In this document: positions 1-8,562 of the stretch, piece by piece
Layout: every line of letters begins with the position of its first letter
How positions within the stretch are numbered: position 1 is the first letter of the stretch
Sequence record: LC680885.1
Length of the DNA stretch: 64,000 bases
Direction: 5' to 3' (one strand)
Notes under the pieces: model-generated
Databases searched by the model: none
Told to the model about the DNA's origin: nothing
What the model saw: only the letters and a program-made list of their open reading frames with translations
Position numbers and translations under genes: made by a program

Positions 1-1350
1 TTAACCTTATTTTTAGGATTTAAAGAAGCTATTAATTATATCATATTGGGATTATTAACTTTCTTATTAATCCTTTCTTTTTACTTTTTATTAAGTTATG
101 CATATAATTTAATTATATCATTATTTGGATATAAGAAATTAAAAAGAGATTATGATATTATAGCACCTAAAACTAGATTTTTAATAATGGTAGCTGCTCA
201 TAATGAAGAGACTGTTATTAGAGAAACTATTAAAAATCTTAAAAAGATTAATTATGACAAAAGCATGTTTGATATCTGTATAGTTTCAGATAATTCTACA
301 GATAATACAACAAATATTGCTTTAGAAGAAAATGTTACTGTTGTGGATACGATTAAAGGAAGATTTAAAAGAGAAGGCGTTGGAAAACCAGCAGGATTAC
401 AATATGCATTAAGAGAATTAGGATTTGAAAGTATAAAAAATAAATACGATTTAGTAATGGTATTGGATGCAGATAATTTTGTTAGCCCTAATATATTAAG
501 AGAAGTAAATTCTCAATATATCGCTAAAAATAAACCTGAAGCAATTCAAGTCTATTTAGATAGTAAAAATTATGATAGTATGATGTCTTTAGCATATAGT
601 GCAGTATTTTGGACTAATAATAAATTTATTCAAGCGGCTAAATATAGATTAGGTTTACCGAATTCAATCGGAGGAACAGGTTTCTCAGTTAGATCAGATT
701 ATCTTATTGATAGTGGAGGATTTAACTATGAATCATTAACAGAGGATTTAGAAATGGAAGTTGAAATAGTTAGCAATGGTGGAAGAGTTTTATGGAATGA
801 TTTTGCGTCTATTTATGATGAAAAACCAGAAGGATTGAAAGTTTCTATGGTCCAACGTTTGAGATGGGCTAAGGGTCATTTTTACGTAGGATATAAAAAT
901 TTCTTTCCATTATTAAAATTATTCGCAAAGACATTTAATATTAAATATATAGATAAAATAGTTTTCCTTATGACAATGGGAAGAAGTTTACATTTAGCAT
1001 TAATGTTATTAGTTATATCATTGCAAGGGTTATATTTATATTTAAATAATAAAACAGAAATTATCATAAATAATTTCCATTATCCAACTGTATTACAATT
1101 ATTAAATGATAATTTCTTATTTTTAGGAATTTTTAATGCTATTCTATTAAGTTACAGTTTCTTATTTTTACCATTATATTCTATATATAATAAAATAAAG
1201 AGTAAAAATATAATTAAGAATGCAATATCATTTTTATATTATGTGGTAACTGATTTTATAGTTCAAACTCAAGCAATATTTGTTTGGAAAGAACAAAAGA
1301 ACTGGGTAAGAACTCCTCATGATAAAAATAAAATAAAAACAGACAAATAA
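1..1350 (+). CDS. Processive membrane GT2 glycosyltransferase (CesA/IcaA/YdaM-like), 5'-partial
   Basis: Motifs AAHNEE, DNSTD, GKPAGL, DADN (DxD), TED, QRLRW (QxxRW); N- and C-terminal TM helices. The frame is open from base 1 (LTLFLGFKEAINYII), so the TTG at 46 is probably internal and the true start lies upstream. Confidence 0.9.
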   Translation, partial: LTLFLGFKEAINYIILGLLTFLLILSFYFLLSYAYNLIISLFGYKKLKRDYDIIAPKTRFLIMVAAHNEETVIRETIKNLKKINYDKSMFDICIVSDNSTDNTTNIALEENVTVVDTIKGRFKREGVGKPAGLQYALRELGFESIKNKYDLVMVLDADNFVSPNILREVNSQYIAKNKPEAIQVYLDSKNYDSMMSLAYSAVFWTNNKFIQAAKYRLGLPNSIGGTGFSVRSDYLIDSGGFNYESLTEDLEMEVEIVSNGGRVLWNDFASIYDEKPEGLKVSMVQRLRWAKGHFYVGYKNFFPLLKLFAKTFNIKYIDKIVFLMTMGRSLHLALMLLVISLQGLYLYLNNKTEIIINNFHYPTVLQLLNDNFLFLGIFNAILLSYSFLFLPLYSIYNKIKSKNIIKNAISFLYYVVTDFIVQTQAIFVWKEQKNWVRTPHDKNKIKTDK

Positions 1351-1389
1351 TATTGAATGTGAATAAATAAATTAAAGGAGATATCTATT

Positions 1390-1998
1390 ATGCATATTAA
1401 AAAATTTAATGATTCACAATTACATTTTATATCTAAAATGATTGACAAGGGTTACAATAATAAAACTATTCTTACACTATTCAAAAAAGAGTTCAATGTA
1501 GAAACAATATCTGCATATGTAACACAAGTTCGTAGAGGTCAACAAGGAAAGAATATTAGCCAAAACTATAAATTTGCTATTGATGGCAACTATCCAACTT
1601 ATTATGAATGGGTAGAATATTTAATTGATAATGATATCTATTATGGAACTAAATTTGAAGAATTTGGAAATTATATTAAAACTAAAATTGAAGAAGACGA
1701 TTTATTCTTAATTACTAAAAGTAATACATTTAAATTGATTGCGTATTTACAAGAAACTGATAACGGATTTAAAATAGTAAAATCAATAGATGATAAAGTA
1801 ATTGATGAAAAATTTACACATGATGTTGAAATTAAAGTTAATAATATGTATAAAGTAAATCTAGAAAATAAAAATTCTTATATACTTTTAAATATTGACA
1901 TTTCAGATAAATATATGGTACTAATGTATATACTTTTATATTCAATTAAAGGCATGGATTCTATAATAAATTATCATTTATATAACGACAAAAATTAA
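1390..1998 (+). CDS. Hypothetical protein with N-terminal HTH-like domain (paralogous domain in 24375-25013)
   Basis: ORF with GGAG RBS; N-terminal 80 aa align by eye with the central region of 24375-25013. Confidence 0.7.
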   Translation: MHIKKFNDSQLHFISKMIDKGYNNKTILTLFKKEFNVETISAYVTQVRRGQQGKNISQNYKFAIDGNYPTYYEWVEYLIDNDIYYGTKFEEFGNYIKTKIEEDDLFLITKSNTFKLIAYLQETDNGFKIVKSIDDKVIDEKFTHDVEIKVNNMYKVNLENKNSYILLNIDISDKYMVLMYILLYSIKGMDSIINYHLYNDKN

Positions 1999-2013
1999 TT
2001 AAGGAGAGATTGA

Positions 2014-2331
2014 ATGTTTTCAATAACTATAATATTAATGATAGCACTATTAGTAGTGCTATCATGTTATACTCATAAATTAAATAAAGAGAATAAAGAT
2101 GTAGATTTAACCGAAAATATGCCTAGATATGCTATGGCAAACAGAAATGCTAAATTAATCTATATTAAAGCAGATTCTAAAAGTTATTTAAACTATCAGA
2201 TTAACGAATTCAAAAATAATAAAAGATTCAAAGATTATGGTTACGAAATTGATAAAGTTGATTGGAATGGAAATATTGTTCATGAGAGTAGAGATAGTGA
2301 CCTCAAATTGATTAAAGATCGGAGAAGATGA
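2014..2331 (+). CDS. Hypothetical protein, N-terminal TM anchor
   Basis: AAGGAG RBS; hydrophobic first 20 aa. Confidence 0.7.
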   Translation: MFSITIILMIALLVVLSCYTHKLNKENKDVDLTENMPRYAMANRNAKLIYIKADSKSYLNYQINEFKNNKRFKDYGYEIDKVDWNGNIVHESRDSDLKLIKDRRR

Positions 2332-2876
2332 TTATGGCCTTAATGGTAATCACATTGACGCTCATTATAATTGTGCTTATTGCAATTATTCTTTTTCAAG
2401 CTAGTCAAATAAAAAATATTAATAAAAATAATGATAGATATTTTGACGAAAACGAGTTTTATAATAGTCAAGATATTTTTGGATTTAACAAAAAAGGAAT
2501 TATGGGTTTTTTAAATATGTCTTTTGCATTGGTTTCAGAATATGATAAAGAAGAAAGATTGTATGCGGGTCATTACTTGTTAAAAAATATGAATGCGAAA
2601 TTCTTGATATTTGATTCTAATCATGTAATATATAAAGAAGTAACTTCAAAAGAACTACTGTTAGAAAAAGATAAAAGAGAATATCTTTTTTCAAAACAAA
2701 TAGAAAGACCTAAATTTTATGATCATTGGTCTAATTTAATTCAAACTAATAAAAAACTTAACGCTAAGAACTTGAAAAAATTAACGAATGAATACGACAA
2801 TATTCTAAAACAAAAATTTGACCTAGAACAAATTAATGAATTTAAAGATTATATGGAAGGAAGAATTACTTTATGA
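2328..2876 (+). CDS. Hypothetical protein, N-terminal TM anchor
   Basis: GGAG RBS, ATGA overlap with the previous gene, hydrophobic N-terminus. Confidence 0.7.
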   Translation: MIMALMVITLTLIIIVLIAIILFQASQIKNINKNNDRYFDENEFYNSQDIFGFNKKGIMGFLNMSFALVSEYDKEERLYAGHYLLKNMNAKFLIFDSNHVIYKEVTSKELLLEKDKREYLFSKQIERPKFYDHWSNLIQTNKKLNAKNLKKLTNEYDNILKQKFDLEQINEFKDYMEGRITL

Positions 2877-3013
2877 CAGTATTAATAATATTATCCATAA
2901 TGACTTTTTTAGTTGTAGCATTTGGCATTATTGAGAAAGATGTTGATATCCTTGCAACTGGAGCTTTAATTGCATGTTTGGCATTGTTTTACGTAGCTTT
3001 TGGGATAATCTAA
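2873..3013 (+). CDS. Small 2-TM protein (46 aa, MTVLIILSIM...VAFGII), not in ORF track
   Basis: Read by hand; ATGA overlap with the previous stop; two hydrophobic segments around an acidic loop. Confidence 0.6.
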   Translation: MTVLIILSIMTFLVVAFGIIEKDVDILATGALIACLALFYVAFGII

Positions 3014-3043
3014 AAAGAAAATAAAAAGATCGGAGAAATAATT

Positions 3044-3217
3044 ATGATTATAGCACCTATTTTATTGATAATATCTGTTTTTTTAATAATAGCTTCATTA
3101 ATATCTTTTGTTATAACAGTTATAAATTTTAATGAAGGAATAGTCTCTTTAATAATTGCAGTTGCAGGAGGCATATTTTTCTTATTATCTTGTGCATTTG
3201 GAATAATGGGTTTATAA
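3044..3217 (+). CDS. Small 2-TM protein (57 aa, MIIAPILL...AFGIMGL), not in ORF track
   Basis: Same AAAGATCGGAGAAATAATTATG leader as the 3242 gene. Confidence 0.65.
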   Translation: MIIAPILLIISVFLIIASLISFVITVINFNEGIVSLIIAVAGGIFFLLSCAFGIMGL

Positions 3218-3241
3218 AATTAAAGATCGGAGAAAATAATT

Positions 3242-3433
3242 ATGGGTACATTTTTGGGAATATCACTCTTAGTGGCTTTTGGATTAACTTTAATCTTCTT
3301 TTTATTAACAGCTATATTTGATGATGTTGAAACATTATTAATGATAGATATTATCTTAGGTATAATAACTGTAGTACTATTTATAGCCTTAGGTATATTT
3401 GCTATACTTGACCAAAGTCAATTTTACTATTAA
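3242..3433 (+). CDS. Small 2-TM protein
   Basis: RBS GGAG; TM-acidic loop-TM. Confidence 0.7.
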   Translation: MGTFLGISLLVAFGLTLIFFLLTAIFDDVETLLMIDIILGIITVVLFIALGIFAILDQSQFYY

Positions 3434-3462
3434 GAATAAATATTAAGAGAGGATGATTAGAT

Positions 3463-3732
3463 GTGAATTTATTTAATTTATTTAAAAAAGAAGATAAAAG
3501 ATTAGCATTAATAAGAAATAAATTTGATGAAGAAAAAATTACTGCAGTAATCAGAAAAGAAGGTAATAAAATTGAAGTGGAATATTTATTATTTAATGAT
3601 GAAAATTGCATGATGAGACCTTCTTATTATTCTGAAGAAGATCGTTTAGAAGTAGAAAACAAAATAAAAGCTGTTATGGCATATTATGGTTATTTAGACA
3701 ATGACTTTATTATGTATGCAGATGTAATTTAA
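3463..3732 (+). CDS. Hypothetical protein
   Basis: GAGAGG RBS, GTG start. Confidence 0.65.
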   Translation: MNLFNLFKKEDKRLALIRNKFDEEKITAVIRKEGNKIEVEYLLFNDENCMMRPSYYSEEDRLEVENKIKAVMAYYGYLDNDFIMYADVI

Positions 3733-3757
3733 TTATATTAAAAGAGGTGTTTAAGTA

Positions 3758-3841
3758 ATGATAACGACATACATTATATTTTCAATTTTAGTACTAGGAT
3801 TAGTTAATATTATTTCATACAAAAAATCAAAAGCAAAATAA
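3758..3841 (+). CDS. Small membrane peptide (27 aa, MITTYIIFSILVLGLVNIISYKKSKAK)
   Basis: AGAGGTG RBS, single TM, basic tail, followed by a terminator. Confidence 0.5.
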   Translation: MITTYIIFSILVLGLVNIISYKKSKAK

Positions 3842-3851
3842 ATTAAAAATT

Positions 3852-3884
3852 GGAACTAACCTTTCTATATGAGAGGTTAGTTCC
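3852..3884 (+). terminator. Stem-loop terminator
   Basis: GGAACTAACCTTTC / GAGAGGTTAGTTCC inverted repeat. Confidence 0.7.
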
Positions 3885-3962
3885 TCATATTTGATTTTTT
3901 TTAGAAATAATTGCGTTATTTATTATTTCAATTAATTTATTTAGAAGGAGAGATACATTATA

Positions 3963-4136
3963 TTGATAATTAAAATACTGTTTTTGATATTTTTAGTATT
4001 GGGCAATATTTTATTTTTAAATTCATTATTTACAATTATCTTTAATGAGTTTGATACATATAAGAGAGAATTAATAATGAATCTTATATCACTGCTATCA
4101 ATTTTTACTGCATTATGGTTATACTCATTAATTTAA
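3963..4136 (+). CDS. Small 2-TM protein (57 aa, TTG start)
   Basis: AGAAGGAG RBS; read by hand. Confidence 0.5.
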   Translation: MIIKILFLIFLVLGNILFLNSLFTIIFNEFDTYKRELIMNLISLLSIFTALWLYSLI

Positions 4137-4175
4137 ATCAACTAGAAAAATTTTAATGTTTTTAAGGAAAATTTC

Positions 4176-4204
4176 TAGCTTTTTTATAAAAAATTTGTTA
4201 TAAT
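4176..4204 (+). promoter_or_regulatory. SigmaA-like promoter TAGCTT-N17-TATAAT with extended TG, upstream of uvsX
   Basis: TAGCTT 4176-81, 17-nt spacer ending in TGT, TATAAT 4199-4204; same architecture at 21251-21279. Confidence 0.55.
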
Positions 4205-4249
4205 AAATAACGTTATAGTATTAAATAATTTTTGGAGAGTGAATGTTAA

Positions 4250-5551
4250 ATGTCAAAATTAACTAGCAAAATTAATGATTTGATTAAATCAAACCCATCA
4301 GTGTACGGTAAAGAAGATAATTACACGCCTATGTATGAATCAGGAGTTGACTTATTGGACTATAGAAATGGTTTCTTAAATACTGTTACAGATGATGAAC
4401 GTATTGGATTAATGGGCGGTAAAGTAACTACATTTATTGGTGGATCAGGTTCAGGTAAAACAACACTTGCTATTCAAGCAGCAGCAAAAATTGTTGAAAA
4501 ATATGAGAACTCAAGTGTTATTCATTATGACTTTGAAGATGCAACTACTGATGAACGTATTTATCAAGTAACAGGTTGGTCTAAAGAAATGAAACAAGAA
4601 AAATACACTAAATTAAATAAAAAGATTAGTTTAGATTCAGTAGATCAATTAATTCGTGGTATCCGTGATACTAAATTAGAAAATGAAGAAGAATTCACTA
4701 TCCATACAGACAAAATTGATCCAGAAACTGGAGAAAAAGTTTCATTCATGGCTCCAACAGTAGTTATCATTGACTCTGTTGCTACAATGGCTTCTAAAGA
4801 AATTGATGATAAAGATGGTGAAGGTGGACAAATGAATGCCACTAAACAAGCTAAAGATAATACAACATTCATTAAACGTATTATTGGTTCATCTACATTA
4901 AATTCAGCTAATATTATGCTTATTTTAATTAATCATATTACAACTAAAATTGATATCAATCCATATGCAGCTACACCTAAAGAATTAAACTATCTTAAAC
5001 AAGGTGAAGCATTACCAGGTGGTAAAGCAATCAACTATATGGCGAATAACATGTTTAAGATTAGTCCATCACAGGCTTTAGATCCAGAAGGAAATTCTAA
5101 TCAAGCTAAATATGGAATTAAAGGTTTTATCAATACAGTTGAAGTTATTAAATCACGTTCAAATGCAGCTGGTGCTAAATTTGATTTAATCTTTGAACAA
5201 AAGAATGGCTTTAATAATGCTTTATCAAATCTATTGTTCTTACAAAGTGAAAAAATGCTTAAAGGTAATCCAAGAGCTTATCGTATTGATGGTTATGATG
5301 ATGTTAGCTTTACACTTAAAACATTTATGGATAAATATGAGAGTAATAAAGATTTTAAAGAATACTTTGATAACTATGTTAAAGGTATCTATAAAGAAAA
5401 ATTCTTAGCTAATATTGAACATGAATCTAGTTTAGATAATGAAGAATTAGAATTAGTTGAATTAGTTAATAAAGATGAAGATATTTGGTTAGGTTCAGAC
5501 GGTAATTATTATGATTCTGATAAAAATGCTATAGAAGTATCTAAAGATTAA
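4250..5551 (+). CDS. uvsX: UvsX/RecA-like recombinase
   Basis: Walker A GGSGSGKTT, HYDFE, Walker B VVIIDS, LINH, GG.A..Y motif, IKSR; acidic C-terminal tail. Confidence 0.88.
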   Translation: MSKLTSKINDLIKSNPSVYGKEDNYTPMYESGVDLLDYRNGFLNTVTDDERIGLMGGKVTTFIGGSGSGKTTLAIQAAAKIVEKYENSSVIHYDFEDATTDERIYQVTGWSKEMKQEKYTKLNKKISLDSVDQLIRGIRDTKLENEEEFTIHTDKIDPETGEKVSFMAPTVVIIDSVATMASKEIDDKDGEGGQMNATKQAKDNTTFIKRIIGSSTLNSANIMLILINHITTKIDINPYAATPKELNYLKQGEALPGGKAINYMANNMFKISPSQALDPEGNSNQAKYGIKGFINTVEVIKSRSNAAGAKFDLIFEQKNGFNNALSNLLFLQSEKMLKGNPRAYRIDGYDDVSFTLKTFMDKYESNKDFKEYFDNYVKGIYKEKFLANIEHESSLDNEELELVELVNKDEDIWLGSDGNYYDSDKNAIEVSKD

Positions 5552-5567
5552 TTTTTAAAAGGGATAA

Positions 5568-5597
5568 TTCCAATGAAGATAATATACTTCATTGGAA
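5568..5597 (+). terminator. Stem-loop terminator after uvsX
   Basis: TTCCAATGAAG / CTTCATTGGAA. Confidence 0.7.
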
Positions 5598-5623
5598 CCC
5601 TTTAATTCAAATTTTGGTTCAAA

Positions 5624-5669
5624 TATATATTATAAGATTGTAGAATATTAAGAGCATGATATTCTACAA
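5624..5669 (+). promoter_or_regulatory. Phage early-type promoter TATATATTATAA plus 5' stem-loop
   Basis: Motif 5624-35; hairpin TTGTAGAATAT / ATATTCTACAA 5638-69. Confidence 0.6.
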
Positions 5670-5703
5670 ATATATTCATTATTATAGGAGAGTGTATTAA
5701 GAT

Positions 5704-7845
5704 ATGACAAAAGACAAAACACAAAGAATGGTAGAAATTGAAGATAAGCGAAGTCATGAGTTTTTATCAGAACCTCTATTAATGCCTAACGTTAATAGAA
5801 CTAATGGTAACAGATCACAAATGTTTACATCTCACATTGGTCAATGTATTCAATTAACTGGAGCTGAACCACCTTTAATTCAAACTGGTTTTGAAAATCA
5901 AGTAGGTAAATATTCAACTGGATACAAGAAAGCTAATAGAGATTTTGAAGTTATTTATAAATTTGAAAAGAATAAGTACGTTAATTACTATTTAATTAAG
6001 TACAAAGATAATGATGAATATGATGTAATTATTAGAGAAGAAGCTAATCACTTAGCTGAGAAGTTCGGAAATAAATATAATAATGATGAAATTGATAAAC
6101 TAAAAGTTGGAGATACTGTTAGTAAAGAAACTGTATTATTTAAAGATCAAAACTATGATGAAGATAATAATTTCCAATATGGTGCTAATGCAACTTCTGT
6201 ATTCTTACCATTCAAAGGTATGACGAATGAGGACGGAATTGTAGTATCAGAATCATTAGCAGAGAAAATGTCAAGTTATTTTGTAAATGTAATCAATATC
6301 ACTATCAATACAAACGATATTCCTTTAAATTTATATGGAAATGAAGATGAGTATAAATCATTTCCAGATGTAGGTGAAGAAGTTCAAAATGGAGTATTGT
6401 GTGCAACTCGTAGATTGAATTACGATGAGATTATTCATAAATTTAAAAATGAAATGCTTACTAAAACATTAGAAGATGATAATGCTTATAAAGTTCACGG
6501 TAAAGTTATTGATATTGATGTACTTAATAATGAAGATATTGAAAAATTAGAAAATCAAAAATATTCAGAGCAATTTGTCAAGTATATTAAAGAATTAAGA
6601 CACTTTTATAAAACATTTGTAACTGTTACAGATGATATTGTACGTAAAAAGAAATTTAGTAATGACTTAATTAGAATTCATAATAAATTTAAAGGTTATA
6701 TTGATGATAACGCTAAATTAGTTTATGACAATAATCAATTTGATAAAATTATCTTTAGAGTTAAAGTTTTAGAAAAGAAACCTTTAGTTCATGGATCGAA
6801 AATCACCACACGCTATGGGGGTAAAGGAGTCGTAGCTGAAATTGTACCTGATGATCAAATGCCAATGATCACAGAGTTCGATGGAGAAGACTTCACTAAA
6901 GATTCTACTAAAACACCAATTAGTAAACGAGTAGATTTAATCCATAATAATATGGGTATCATTAACCGTGGAAATCCATCAGCTTTAATTGAGTTAGAAT
7001 TAAATCATGTATCAAATGTAATAAGACATCGTATAAGTAAATTAGATGATGTTAATCAACAGAAAGAATATCTATTAGGATATATTAAAGATGTAGATAA
7101 AATTTCATACGATAATTATGTTAAATTATTTAATCAATTAGATTTATCTGAAACTAAAGAAGCTATTAATGAAATTATTAAAGAAGGTATTGTATTACAT
7201 CAAGCACCATTCTTTGGCAATATTGATTCAGAACAATTAAGATACGTATTTAATAAATATAATATTAAGAAAAATAGATTAAATATAAGTAATAGAACAT
7301 TCATGGTTGGAGATTTATATCACTTAAAACTTAAACATGAACCGTCTGGTAAATTAAGTGCAAAATCTCTTGACTTTAACAATTACAGTGGAATTCCTAC
7401 TAGAACTCCAGATAGTAAAAAGTATCTATCAAGAATTAATAATAATCCACTTAGAATTGGCGAGATGGAAACATCTAATATGATGATCGGTGGATCTATT
7501 AAAGCAATCAATCAATTAACGAATATGTATTCAAATAACCCAGATATGCGTAAACGTTTATTAGTTGAATTGTATACAGGTAATCCATTTAAGATCAATA
7601 CAGAGAGTATACAAAAACGAACTCAAAATAATAATACTAAAGTACTTAATGCTTACTTTAGTCCATTGAATGTTAGTATGACATTTGATGAACCTGAAGA
7701 AGATGAATTACTAGATATCATGGATTTAAATGAAGACCAATTAGAATTCTTAATGGAAAAATACGAAAATTTAGATGATATCAATGATTTAACACCTCAA
7801 GAAATAAATGGTTTAGTTAAAGAAATTATTGAAGAAAGTAAATAA
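5704..7845 (+). CDS. rpoB: Phage multisubunit RNA polymerase beta subunit, C-terminal half (probably non-virion RNAP)
   Basis: NRSQMFTSHIGQCIQL (cf. NRALMGANMQRQAVPL), NEDGIVVSE, GSKITTRYGGKGVV (GDKxxxRHGNKGV), HLKLKH, LRIGEME (QRFGEME). Confidence 0.9.
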   Translation: MTKDKTQRMVEIEDKRSHEFLSEPLLMPNVNRTNGNRSQMFTSHIGQCIQLTGAEPPLIQTGFENQVGKYSTGYKKANRDFEVIYKFEKNKYVNYYLIKYKDNDEYDVIIREEANHLAEKFGNKYNNDEIDKLKVGDTVSKETVLFKDQNYDEDNNFQYGANATSVFLPFKGMTNEDGIVVSESLAEKMSSYFVNVINITINTNDIPLNLYGNEDEYKSFPDVGEEVQNGVLCATRRLNYDEIIHKFKNEMLTKTLEDDNAYKVHGKVIDIDVLNNEDIEKLENQKYSEQFVKYIKELRHFYKTFVTVTDDIVRKKKFSNDLIRIHNKFKGYIDDNAKLVYDNNQFDKIIFRVKVLEKKPLVHGSKITTRYGGKGVVAEIVPDDQMPMITEFDGEDFTKDSTKTPISKRVDLIHNNMGIINRGNPSALIELELNHVSNVIRHRISKLDDVNQQKEYLLGYIKDVDKISYDNYVKLFNQLDLSETKEAINEIIKEGIVLHQAPFFGNIDSEQLRYVFNKYNIKKNRLNISNRTFMVGDLYHLKLKHEPSGKLSAKSLDFNNYSGIPTRTPDSKKYLSRINNNPLRIGEMETSNMMIGGSIKAINQLTNMYSNNPDMRKRLLVELYTGNPFKINTESIQKRTQNNNTKVLNAYFSPLNVSMTFDEPEEDELLDIMDLNEDQLEFLMEKYENLDDINDLTPQEINGLVKEIIEESK

Positions 7846-7852
7846 ATAAATG

Positions 7853-7884
7853 GGAGTAATGATCATTATTTTGATCATTACTCC
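7853..7884 (+). terminator. Stem-loop terminator
   Basis: GGAGTAATGATCA / TGATCATTACTCC perfect 13-bp stem. Confidence 0.75.
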
Positions 7885-7898
7885 TATATTTAAAGGAT

Positions 7899-8453
7899 GT
7901 GTTTAAAATTTATCCTGATTACGATGAATTTTTAAAGAAAGAGTTAGATCGCTTTGGAATTGATACAGATAGCATAGCTTATCATTCTGATCTTAATTAC
8001 AATTATTGTAAAGAGAAATTAGAATCAATTGAAAAGGAAGATAAAGAAATGGAATTTAATTATTTGAATTTAGAAGATATATCTTTAAATAAAGAAGAGA
8101 CAAGTGGAGTTATGACTATAAGAGAATTAGTAAATACTATTGATCACTTGATATATACAGAAAATGAAGTTACACCTCTATACTACTTCTTTATGGATAA
8201 AATCGATTCACTTCCTATGATTAATATGATTACTTATAAAAAGGCAGCTAACACATTCTATGAAGAGTATAAAAGATATAACACTGGAAATCATTCAGCT
8301 TATATAAATATTAAAGGAGAATGGAAACAGTTATCATTTAATCAATTTAAAGAATCTTTAAAAGAAGTTTTATTATCTTCACATAAAGAAAGCAATGTTG
8401 ATAAATTATTTAAAGAGTTAAATAATTTAACTGTAAAAGATAATTTTTCATAA
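7899..8453 (+). CDS. Hypothetical protein with degenerate C-terminal tag (..KELNNLTVKDNFS)
   Basis: ORF; terminal K-13/V-6/F-2 pattern. Confidence 0.7.
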   Translation: MFKIYPDYDEFLKKELDRFGIDTDSIAYHSDLNYNYCKEKLESIEKEDKEMEFNYLNLEDISLNKEETSGVMTIRELVNTIDHLIYTENEVTPLYYFFMDKIDSLPMINMITYKKAANTFYEEYKRYNTGNHSAYINIKGEWKQLSFNQFKESLKEVLLSSHKESNVDKLFKELNNLTVKDNFS

Positions 8454-8481
8454 TTATTCTTAGATCAAAATTAGTAATAAG

Positions 8482-8533
8482 TATATATTATAAATATGAG
8501 ACAATGTTCATTAACTTGATCATTGTCTCATAT
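8482..8533 (+). promoter_or_regulatory. Early-type promoter plus stem-loop
   Basis: TATATATTATAA 8482-93; ATATGAGACAATG / CATTGTCTCATAT. Confidence 0.6.
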
Positions 8534-8562
8534 ATTGTTTTATTTTTTATAAAAATAAGGAG

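Noticed and set aside
46-48. TTG start of the GT2 gene as given in the ORF track
   Set aside because: No RBS and the frame is open to base 1; the gene starts before the window.
882-1067. Short overlapping ORFs inside large genes (e.g. 882-1067, 4645-4872, 5193-5408, 14380-14583, 21808-22062, 22525-22758, 55048-55384, 59579-59953, 60432-60668)
   Set aside because: Nested within well-supported genes, no RBS, composition expected from shadow frames.
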